Source: Candidatus Undinarchaeota archaeon (GTDB lineage Archaea; SpSt-1190; JASMDC01). Taken from it: DNA of 64,000 bases. The position numbers were made by a program, and so were the translations under genes. This document shows, in pieces, positions 56,241 to 64,000 of this stretch. Location of the stretch: NCBI GenBank assembly GCA_964519305.1, contig CAZFHY010000006.1, forward strand, positions 32,001 through 96,000. The letters run 5' to 3'. How positions within the stretch are numbered: position 1 is the first letter of the stretch; every line of letters starts with the position of its first letter. The notes below the pieces were generated by a model that worked only from the letters and a program-made list of their open reading frames with translations, searched no databases and had not been told where the DNA came from.

Positions 56241-57809
56241 TTATCGTCCGGTCAGTTCGTAGCGTGCGGGATCGAGCGTGCCGGGAGGCACAAGGACGAC
56301 ATAGGAGCCCCAGTCCCAGGTGTCAAGGATGGTCACCTCGAAGAGGTCCTCATCGATGGGATCCTTGTCCTGATGGTTCTCGAACACCGACAGCCAGTCC
56401 GTGCTCTTGTCGCGAACAAGGAGCGCGATATGATCGCCCCCACGAGCGAGAACGTACCCGCCGTTCACCCGTGTATCATCGTGGAGCAGGTCGATGACCG
56501 TGCTGTCCTTCCTCGTCCGGTCGTGGATCTCGATTGTCGTCTCGCCAGCATCGGTGACCGTCGTCGTGGAAGGACGGAAGTCGAGCAGGAAGAGGTCGAT
56601 GGGCAGGTCGTAGTATGTATGCTGGCCCTGCGCCACCTGGATGGCATACCCGTGCTCGTTCTTCTTGTTCCAGTGAGGGTGCTGCGAGTCCGGGGCGACG
56701 AAGATTACCTGCCATCCCTGCTGTACCAGCTCCCGGGCTATGCCGATACCGCGCTTCCCTGTCCGTGTGTAAGCGCTGAAGAGCTGCTGGTACCGGGAGC
56801 CCAGCCCTGCCTCGTTGTGCGCCTCCTTCAGAACGTCCAGCACGATGCCGATGCACGAGCTCTCACGCGGTATCCGGTCCACGTCACTCGCCGTGGAAGA
56901 TGTGGCGAGGGAGAGGGCCTCGGCCGCGTCCTTCCCTTCCATCCTAAGCTTGTAGTACCGGTACACGCCATCCGTGGTCGGCAGCCGTGGCACCGCCTGC
57001 TCGACCTCTTGAGCTATCCGCTGCTCGAACTGTTCCATGACACGATCCCGGGACTTCGGTTGTAGGACGAGCTGCCCGTAGAGGTCGAAGTTCAGCGTGC
57101 TGAGGTCACCCTGTTTGAGCAGGGCATAGAGGAGGGCCTTGGGATGGCTCCCGCCGAACCTGGTGGTGAGGAGCTCGGCATACTCCGAGTCGTCGCCGTA
57201 GTGGGTGCTGACGCCGAACCCGTGCTGCTCGTCGAGAGCTAGCTTGTGCTCGGAATGGGTCCGCAGCGCCTTCCGGGAGATGAGCTTGCCCATCGATATG
57301 TCAGCAGTCGTGTCCACTGGGGCCGTACCTGCCGGAGCGGAGCCCAGCAGGCACCGTCCGTTCGCGATATACGTGCGTTCCTCGACACGCTGGAACCCGC
57401 GGTCGGCGACCGAGTAGCACTCGCCGGTCTCGAACCGATTGGTTGGACTGCTGACCAGGCAGCACGCGCACGCGAGCCGCAGACCATCGCTCCCTATGAT
57501 GTCGCAATCCAGCCAGTTGTCGAGCCGGCCGTAGAGCTGTGGATAGTGCTTCGTTTTGTCGCCCTGTACCGAGGTCCCGACCACCTTGCCCTCGAAACAT
57601 GTCGTTTCCTGGCCGCTGACCGATAGGAGGTCGGAGCAGATGATGCACGCGTCCTCCACCATCTCCGAGCCGCCGCCATCAGCGTCCATGCTCTTGAGGC
57701 CCGTGCATGTTTCTGCACCACGATTTCCGTTGCATCCGGCAAGGAGCACCAGCGCGACAAGGAGGAGCGCGATGGCCGTTCCGCCACGCTCCGATCCACC
57801 GAATACCAT
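56241..57809 (-). CDS. Putative lipoprotein with Cys-rich N-terminus and papain-fold-like C-terminal domain
   Basis: 'LVLLAGC' lipobox, then 'SSCIG', 'GGDHIALL' and 'VFENH'. Confidence 0.8.
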   Translation of the reverse strand: MVFGGSERGGTAIALLLVALVLLAGCNGNRGAETCTGLKSMDADGGGSEMVEDACIICSDLLSVSGQETTCFEGKVVGTSVQGDKTKHYPQLYGRLDNWLDCDIIGSDGLRLACACCLVSSPTNRFETGECYSVADRGFQRVEERTYIANGRCLLGSAPAGTAPVDTTADISMGKLISRKALRTHSEHKLALDEQHGFGVSTHYGDDSEYAELLTTRFGGSHPKALLYALLKQGDLSTLNFDLYGQLVLQPKSRDRVMEQFEQRIAQEVEQAVPRLPTTDGVYRYYKLRMEGKDAAEALSLATSSTASDVDRIPRESSCIGIVLDVLKEAHNEAGLGSRYQQLFSAYTRTGKRGIGIARELVQQGWQVIFVAPDSQHPHWNKKNEHGYAIQVAQGQHTYYDLPIDLFLLDFRPSTTTVTDAGETTIEIHDRTRKDSTVIDLLHDDTRVNGGYVLARGGDHIALLVRDKSTDWLSVFENHQDKDPIDEDLFEVTILDTWDWGSYVVLVPPGTLDPARYELTGR

Positions 57810-57868
57810 CGTGGTCTCTCTTCGCCCCCTGGTTTGTTATTAAGCGTTTCGGACGGTCGGCGGTTCAA

Positions 57869-58891
57869 TCACCGCTCATAGCTCACTGCACCGAGAGTGA
57901 TGAGCTTGTTGAGCACCATGTCCACGGCAGCGTTCCCAAGCTGTTCGCGAACTGCCGCTTCGACCTCTACCATGTCACGAGTGCCGTCGCACAATTCCAC
58001 GACGGTCAGTCTCTCCTCGTCCTCTGTGATCTCTGTACCAAGGGGGAACCGAGCTTTGGGAAGTGCCCAGGCCTTCCGCGCCACATCGACCTTCATAGCC
58101 GGACCTTTGCTTGGATTTCCCTCGACAGTGATCAGGGTGCCCCGGTTCATCCCGTGGCGTTCGTCCTGTACGGCGATGACACCGCATGCGAGCGTGTAGG
58201 CAGTGGTCCCTCTCGGAGGGTCCACCTTGGCGTCCCGCTTCAGATGGTCGGTGATCCTGAACCGTGCGTCACGGTCTAGGACCACGCGGCCGCCCTCTAC
58301 CTTGGCGGTGAGGGTGGCGATGGGTGCTCGGGCGCAGGCCTTGACGAGACTGGGCCAGCCCTTGGAGTCCAGTGGGAGCACACCCTTTCCGGTATCAAGG
58401 AAAGCACCGTCCCTGCCCTTTATCTGGCCGGATACCGTACCATCGGGCGCAGGAGTGCATGCGGCCGCGAGCTCCAGCAGGCGCCGACCACCGCCCTTGG
58501 CGCGCTTCCATACACCTTCGAAGAACCGTGATGCAATCCGTCCCTTACCCGAGACCACGGCTCCCGCACCGTTCAGTCCCGCAAAAGGATTGGCACCGAC
58601 GTAGGCCCGCTCACCGTCCGCGATCACCAGGCATCCGTCAAGCCCTTCAGCGAACCGGCTGCGGGCTCCGAGGAACCGTCCCTTGAACCGTCGGAGGGCC
58701 AGTGGGTCCAGTTGTCCTTCGGCCAGGTTGGCCACAACCCGGAGGCGTACCGCCGATCGCTCGAACCTCACTCGCGGCTCTTCAAGGAAGATCGGAGCGA
58801 TGATATCCAAGGAGCGTCGGGCACCGGCCATGAGCCGGACCACCTCGCGCGGGAGGGTGTGACGTCCGTCCTCGAGCACCAGGTGGACCAT
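57869..58891 (-). CDS. Hypothetical protein: degenerate PLD-like domain plus C-terminal wHTH
   Basis: 'ARRSLDIIAP' and 'LDGCLVIADGERAYVG' (HKD motif lost). C-terminal 'ELCDGTRDM'. Confidence 0.65.
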   Translation of the reverse strand: MVHLVLEDGRHTLPREVVRLMAGARRSLDIIAPIFLEEPRVRFERSAVRLRVVANLAEGQLDPLALRRFKGRFLGARSRFAEGLDGCLVIADGERAYVGANPFAGLNGAGAVVSGKGRIASRFFEGVWKRAKGGGRRLLELAAACTPAPDGTVSGQIKGRDGAFLDTGKGVLPLDSKGWPSLVKACARAPIATLTAKVEGGRVVLDRDARFRITDHLKRDAKVDPPRGTTAYTLACGVIAVQDERHGMNRGTLITVEGNPSKGPAMKVDVARKAWALPKARFPLGTEITEDEERLTVVELCDGTRDMVEVEAAVREQLGNAAVDMVLNKLITLGAVSYER

Positions 58892-58934
58892 GGCGTGGTG
58901 AGGGAGCCCAAGACATATAGGTATGACGGTGGCG

Positions 58935-60632
58935 TCAGGCCTGCTCGACGAGCACATCGCCCAGGGCCATGAGGGGGACGCCCGTCTCCACGAACGTCTT
59001 CAGCGCGTCCTCGGGAGTGCACACAATGGGCTGGCCATGGACGTTGAAGGAAGTGTTGAGCACGATGCCGTCACCGGTCTCTTTCCGCACGCCCTCGATG
59101 ACACGTCGATAGGCAGGGTTCTCCTCGCCAAGGATCTGGGGGCGGGAGGAGCCGTCCACGTTGATGACGGCACGGAGCTGGTCTCTTAGACCGTCCTGGA
59201 TCAGATATCCCATGGTCATGAACCTGTCCGGTGCGTCCACGTCCTTGAAGAACCGCTTGCTGTCCTCTTCAAGTACCGAGGGGCAGAAGGGCTGGAACCA
59301 CACCCGCTTCTTCACCTTCATGTTCAGGTCGTGCTTGGCCGTGGGCGAGTCTGCACGGGCCAGGATGCTGCGGTTCCCCAGCGCCCGCGGACCCAGTTCC
59401 ATCCGGCCGTTGTACCAGAACACGATGTCGTTGGCGGCGATGCGCTCTGCGGCTGTGCCGGCAGCATCTTCGGACCGCTCCCACCTTACCTTCCCCTTGA
59501 ACGCCTTGAGAGCAGTGAGCACCTCGTCCTCGCCGTACTCAGGGCCGAGGAATATATGGGGGATGCGCTCCGGGTGGACCACGTCCACCTCCTTGGCCAC
59601 TTTGAGGGCGGCTCCGATGGCCAGGCCCCCGTCTCCCATGTGCGGGAACACGAACCATTCCTTGACATCAGGGAGCAGGCGGATGTGCATGTTCATCTTG
59701 ATGTTGGAAGCGATGCCTCCGTTCCATGCCACCGAGGACATCCCTGTCTCCTTCACGGCGTTGGCGAACAGCTGGCTCGTGAAGTGCTCGAACGCCCGCT
59801 GGGCCATGTGAGCGAACTGTTCGCGGGGATTGCGCCATAGCGTCCGCTGGAGCAGCTTGTATCGAGCGCCGGGGGAGAGCCGTGCCCGGACCCGCATACC
59901 GTCCACCTCGTAGAGGTCGAAGAAGGGGTTCTTCTCATCGGGCACCTCGTAGGAGAAGTCCGCGAGCGACATGACCTTCCCCTCGTCCTCGAGGACGCGC
60001 ATACCGATTAGGTGGGTGACCTCCTGGTAGAACAGACCCAGTGAGTCGCGGGTAGCCATGGTCTCCAGGTTCCTGACATCGCCGTCCTCAGCGATCCCCA
60101 CGGTCGTGGACACACCATCGCCCAGGGCGTCCATTGTGACCACCAGGCTCTTGCGGAATCCCGAACAGAGGGCCGCAGCGGCAGCATGGGCCTCGTGATG
60201 GTCGACGATGTGGAGGATGTAATCATGGTCGAACCCTGCCCGCGCCAATTGCGTGTGCAGAGCGCGTTTCGACAGAGCATGGAACAACCTGTTCGACCGG
60301 AGCTTTCCGGTAGAGTTCTGGATGAGCCGGTTGATCTCGACGTTCCATGGCGGGTCCACCTTGTGGCGACGGACCGGATAGTAGTCCTCCTTCACCTTGG
60401 GCCACACGCGGCCCAGGGTGACCGAGAAGTCGGATGTGCACCCTGCCACGACCTCGATGTCCGCCGGTTTGAGGTCGGCGGCCCCGAGACACCAGGACAG
60501 GGCCTTGTGGGGGAAGTGGACCTCGAGCTTACGACGTGTGAACCGCTCCTCGTTCGCAGCGGTGATCACTCGTCCGTCGCGGACCACGCAGGCGCCGGCG
60601 TCATGGCCGTCCCACACGCCCAGTATGTCCAT
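58935..60632 (-). CDS. Carbamoyltransferase (NodU/CmcH family)
   Basis: 'GHDAGA..NEERFTRRK', 'HHEAHA', 'EGKVMSLA', 'ELGPRALGNRSIL' and 'LNTSFNVHGQPIV'. Confidence 0.95.
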   Translation of the reverse strand: MDILGVWDGHDAGACVVRDGRVITAANEERFTRRKLEVHFPHKALSWCLGAADLKPADIEVVAGCTSDFSVTLGRVWPKVKEDYYPVRRHKVDPPWNVEINRLIQNSTGKLRSNRLFHALSKRALHTQLARAGFDHDYILHIVDHHEAHAAAAALCSGFRKSLVVTMDALGDGVSTTVGIAEDGDVRNLETMATRDSLGLFYQEVTHLIGMRVLEDEGKVMSLADFSYEVPDEKNPFFDLYEVDGMRVRARLSPGARYKLLQRTLWRNPREQFAHMAQRAFEHFTSQLFANAVKETGMSSVAWNGGIASNIKMNMHIRLLPDVKEWFVFPHMGDGGLAIGAALKVAKEVDVVHPERIPHIFLGPEYGEDEVLTALKAFKGKVRWERSEDAAGTAAERIAANDIVFWYNGRMELGPRALGNRSILARADSPTAKHDLNMKVKKRVWFQPFCPSVLEEDSKRFFKDVDAPDRFMTMGYLIQDGLRDQLRAVINVDGSSRPQILGEENPAYRRVIEGVRKETGDGIVLNTSFNVHGQPIVCTPEDALKTFVETGVPLMALGDVLVEQA

Positions 60633-60695
60633 GGCGCGAGTGTTCAGGGCAAGTTTATATAACCATTATCGTGGGAGCCTCTTCAGGTGTGATGA

Positions 60696-61745
60696 CTGAA
60701 CAGAAAGCTCGTGTTCACTGTCGTACTGGGACTGGCCGTTGCCATAGCCATGTTCTGGACTGAGGACCCGACGGAACTGTCGCGTGTGTGGTCGACGGCC
60801 CGTAACGACTACCTGCTGGCCGGCGTGCTCCTCGTCATCATCACCCTCTTCATCAACACGGTCCGCTGGTATACGCTACTCCATCAGCTCGGCTATGATG
60901 CAGGGTTCATCGACGTGTTCTGTCAAGTGAGCGGCCCCTTCGTGGTCTCCTCCCTCACTCCCGGCCGTGCCGGCGAGGTGTTCAAGCTCTATGCCGCAAA
61001 GCGCATCAGCTGCATCGATGTATCCCACTCCAGTGCTGCGCTCCTTATCGAGCGCGCGTGCGATCTGTCCGTGATGACCTCCTTCATCCTCTTGGGGCTT
61101 GTGACCGGCCTCGAACCGCAGTTGGGCGCCTATGCCTCCGCTGCGTACGCCACAGTGGCGTTCACCATGACGGTCATCGCGGTGATAGTGCTCTCGGTGC
61201 GCCACCCGGGCGTGCTGGCGATGGTGGTCCGTGTGCTCGAACTGGGGGGCCGTGTCGGACTGCCCGGGTGCGGACGTGGCGCCAAGAAGATCGATGAGTG
61301 CGCTCCCGCCTTCCACTCGGTCGCAGGACGGATCAACCTGCCTCTTATACTCGGCATCACGGCGTGCGTGTGGGTGCTCGACGTTGCGCGTATGTGGGTG
61401 CTGTTCAAGGCACTGGGCGTCAACGTTCCGCTGGTGCCCATAGGGTTCGTGTACTGTCTTTCCCTCCTGTTGGGCATAGTGTCCTATGTCCCTGGTGGAC
61501 TGGGGGTCACCGAGGGTTCAATGGTCGTGCTGTTCGGGCTGTTCGCCGTACCCGGGACCCAGGCAAAGATCGCCGTTCTCATCGAGAGGGTGTTCTCGTT
61601 CTGGCTGGCCCTCTTCATCGGGAGCATGGCCCTCTCCTACAAGGCCGACGTGCTGCTGTTCGACCTGTCCTCGGGAGATATGCCGGACCTGACCGACGCG
61701 GAAGCCGCCACATGCCCCGCGGACGAGGACGATGAAACTAAGTAA
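60696..61745 (+). CDS. UPF0104 / lysylphosphatidylglycerol-synthase TM (flippase-like) protein, paralog 1
   Basis: 'TPGRAGE', 'IERACD' and 'PGGLGVTE'. Start is uncertain (CTG 60696 or GTG 60711). Confidence 0.88.
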   Translation: MNRKLVFTVVLGLAVAIAMFWTEDPTELSRVWSTARNDYLLAGVLLVIITLFINTVRWYTLLHQLGYDAGFIDVFCQVSGPFVVSSLTPGRAGEVFKLYAAKRISCIDVSHSSAALLIERACDLSVMTSFILLGLVTGLEPQLGAYASAAYATVAFTMTVIAVIVLSVRHPGVLAMVVRVLELGGRVGLPGCGRGAKKIDECAPAFHSVAGRINLPLILGITACVWVLDVARMWVLFKALGVNVPLVPIGFVYCLSLLLGIVSYVPGGLGVTEGSMVVLFGLFAVPGTQAKIAVLIERVFSFWLALFIGSMALSYKADVLLFDLSSGDMPDLTDAEAATCPADEDDETK

Positions 61746-61779
61746 CTTCTTATAGGAGCGTCGTCTGTCATTCGGACAG

Positions 61780-62832
61780 GTGGACCGCCTGAACAAAAAG
61801 CTCCTGCTCACCAGTGCCTTGGGCGCCGCCGTCCTCGCCGTCATGTTATGGTCGGTCGGCCCCGAACGCTTGACGGAGCTCGTGTCCGGGGCGCGACCGG
61901 GCTATATAGTCGCCGCAGCGCTCGCTATAGTGGTCCTCAACGTGATCGCCACGTTCCGCTGGCACCTGCTCATGTCGTCGCTCGGGTACGTGCTGACCCT
62001 CTGGGACACGTATTTCCAGATTAGTGGTGCTTTCCTTCTCTCGACTCTCACCCCGGGCCGTGCCGGCGAAGTGTTCCGGTTATACCTCTCCAAGCGTATC
62101 AGCGATATCGACGCCTCCCACTCCGGCGCTGCGCTCCTCATCGAGCGCGCATGTGACCTTTCGGTGATGGCCGCTCTCATTCTTCTGGGGCTGGTGACCG
62201 GTATGGGGGCGCAGTTGGGCGCCTTCGGGGACGCTGCCCGGGTCACCGTGGGTGTGACCTTCCTAATCGTCGCCATGCTCGTGCTCTCGGTGCGCCACCG
62301 GTGGGCGATGGGCCTGGTGGTCCGGATCCTCTCTTTTGGAGGGCGACGAGGGCTCCCCGGGTGCGCGCGCGGTGCGCAGAAGATCGAGGAGAGCATCCCC
62401 GCGTTCCTATCGGTTGCACGTCGGGTGAGCGTGCCCGCTGTGTTCGGGATGACCTTGCTGATCTGGGCGTCCCAGGTCGCAAGGATGTGGTTCGTATGTG
62501 TCGCAGTAGGAGCCGAAGTGTCACCGATGGTCGTGGGCCTGGCCTACTGTCTCGGTATCCTTCTGGGTGTCGTGTCCTACATTCCTGGTGGGCTCGTGGT
62601 CACCGAGGGCACCATGGTCGGACTGCTCGTCGTGCACGGTGTGCCGACGGACATAGCGACGGTGGCCGTGGTGATCGACCGGCTGTTCGCCTACTGGGCC
62701 GCAGTAGTGGTCGGTGTGATGTCCCTTTCCTACAAGGCGGACGTGCTGTTGTTCGACTTCTCATCCGGCGAGATGCCGGACATGGTCGACGAGGAGACGG
62801 CGACCTGTCCCCCGGACGATGATGAAGAGTAG
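61780..62832 (+). CDS. UPF0104 flippase-like protein, paralog 2
   Basis: Same motifs and a shared C-terminus 'SYKADVLLFD.SSG.MPD'. Confidence 0.88.
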   Translation: MDRLNKKLLLTSALGAAVLAVMLWSVGPERLTELVSGARPGYIVAAALAIVVLNVIATFRWHLLMSSLGYVLTLWDTYFQISGAFLLSTLTPGRAGEVFRLYLSKRISDIDASHSGAALLIERACDLSVMAALILLGLVTGMGAQLGAFGDAARVTVGVTFLIVAMLVLSVRHRWAMGLVVRILSFGGRRGLPGCARGAQKIEESIPAFLSVARRVSVPAVFGMTLLIWASQVARMWFVCVAVGAEVSPMVVGLAYCLGILLGVVSYIPGGLVVTEGTMVGLLVVHGVPTDIATVAVVIDRLFAYWAAVVVGVMSLSYKADVLLFDFSSGEMPDMVDEETATCPPDDDEE

Positions 62833-62985
62833 TGGGACGTGTTCTGACACGTGATAAGTACTGTATAGTTATGATGCAGTGTCAACTTCAGTCATAGTCC
62901 ACTACATCTCTCAGTGATGGTTGGACGCTCCCGGTTTAGAATACTTGCGCGTAACTGTTTCGCAAAGGTACCGGGACACAGAGAA

Positions 62986-63007
62986 TTACTGAATTTTTGT
63001 TCAGTAA
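62986..63007. promoter_or_regulatory. Palindrome TTACTGAA-N6-TTCAGTAA
   Basis: Perfect 8-bp arms in an AT-rich intergenic region. Confidence 0.45.
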
Positions 63008-63291
63008 CATGTGGATACCCTCTGTCGCCCTCATGGAAGCGAAAGGGCACAAGCTTCCCTTCAACAGTCAGCTAGCCAGAAGTCACCACATAGTACGACC
63101 GTTCCAAAAAAGTACAGTAGACGCTGTATCTTCCTGCCATCACGCGAACATTGCGCGGACGTATCCCTGCCCAATCCTCCCACCTCGATATTGTAGGTGA
63201 CGTGCCAGCAATGTCGCGTCTTGGGGGGCCCGGCCCGGTATCGAAAAGAATATATTATATTCACCCGTTAAGTCCCATGGAAGGTGATCCG

Positions 63292-64000
63292 GTGGCAAGT
63301 AGAATCCTAACACTTTCATCTAGGAGTAACTCCGCTGGCCAGGCGGCCATGGAGTTCCTGATGAGCTACGGCTGGATGCTGGTGATCATCGTCATCGGCG
63401 GTGCCGCGATGTACTCCATGGGCATCCTCAACCCGGGCACCTACCAGAAGAAGGGCTGCGTCGGGTTCGAGAAGATCCATTACCGCGACCACCTGTTCCG
63501 CGGTACGGGCGAGGTCGGGCTGTGGACGGTGTGGTCGTCAGAGACCGAGCGCGAAAGCCAGTTCCAACTGCGTATGCAGAACGGGGCCGGGATCACCCTC
63601 CGCATCCGGGGCATCGACGTGGAGTATCCCGAGGGCGTGCACGTGACGTGGTCCGAGCGCGGCTACGACTGCGACTACTACAACACCGCTGACGACACCG
63701 ACTCGGGCTGCCAGGAGCAGAACGTGTCCGAGGGGGATCTCGCCACCCTCTCCATCGAGGACGTGGGGCGGGGGACTCTGGACCTGCGACACGGCGCCGT
63801 GTACCGCAGCAAGGTCAAGGTGACGTTCGACGCGTTCAACGCGCTGGAAGATCACTCTGAGGTGGCCATCTGCTGTGGCAAGATCGAGGGCGGCTCGACC
63901 GCGTCCACATCGGGCGGCGGGAGCGGTTCGGGGTCCGGAACCGGTAGCGGTACGGGCTCCGGTACAGGTACTGGCAGCGGTACGGGATCCGGGACCGGGA
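63292..64000 (+). CDS. Class III signal-peptide (type IV pilin-like) protein, 3' end outside window
   Basis: SD GGTGA then GTG at 63292. 'AG/QAAMEFLMSYGWMLVIIVIGG' prepilin motif. Runs into GSGT repeats at the window edge. Confidence 0.85.
   Translation, partial: MASRILTLSSRSNSAGQAAMEFLMSYGWMLVIIVIGGAAMYSMGILNPGTYQKKGCVGFEKIHYRDHLFRGTGEVGLWTVWSSETERESQFQLRMQNGAGITLRIRGIDVEYPEGVHVTWSERGYDCDYYNTADDTDSGCQEQNVSEGDLATLSIEDVGRGTLDLRHGAVYRSKVKVTFDAFNALEDHSEVAICCGKIEGGSTASTSGGGSGSGSGTGSGTGSGTGTGSGTGSGTG

Noticed and set aside
60687-60695. TGA recoding (Sec/Trp/Gly)
   Set aside because: TGA terminates many clear genes here (e.g. at 20118 and 29970), and no other in-frame TGA interruptions were seen.
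62833-63276. Replication origin or dif site
   Set aside because: No clear ORB repeats or adjacent orc1/cdc6 gene, and the palindrome lacks the TAA-N6-TTA core of Xer sites.

Overview
GC-rich archaeal chromosomal DNA. Evidence for an archaeon: TATA boxes ~25-30 nt upstream of many starts, tRNA-splicing endonuclease, an Nre repair protein with a PCNA-binding (PIP) motif, and a class III signal-peptide pilin whose 'GQAAMEFLMSYGW' start is typical of DPANN archaea (lineage is my inference). Housekeeping genes (tRNA-Asn, tRNA-Leu, endA, dUTPase, formiminotransferase-cyclodeaminase, peptidases, feoAB with two DtxR regulators, ferredoxin, ABC exporter, carbamoyltransferase, flippase-like pair) are interleaved with about 28 kb of large exported proteins, most of them cysteine-rich. 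The most notable are: a ~2000-aa secreted protein carrying an intact NlpC/P60 peptidoglycan-endopeptidase domain; a single-pass receptor-like protein whose cytoplasmic tail resembles the adaptin/COP appendage; a ~2480-aa LamG/beta-propeller adhesin with a Q/Y/G-rich tail; a cell-wall-binding-repeat protein with winged-helix-like repeats; a lipoprotein with a papain-like triad; a 7x114-aa repeat protein; and a Kazal inhibitor. Together they suggest a surface system for attaching to or attacking bacteria (hypothesis). Also found: a candidate 71-nt ncRNA with its own TATA box, candidate operator motifs, and small ORFs missed by the ORF track. Domain calls come from recognising motifs by eye; no searches were run.
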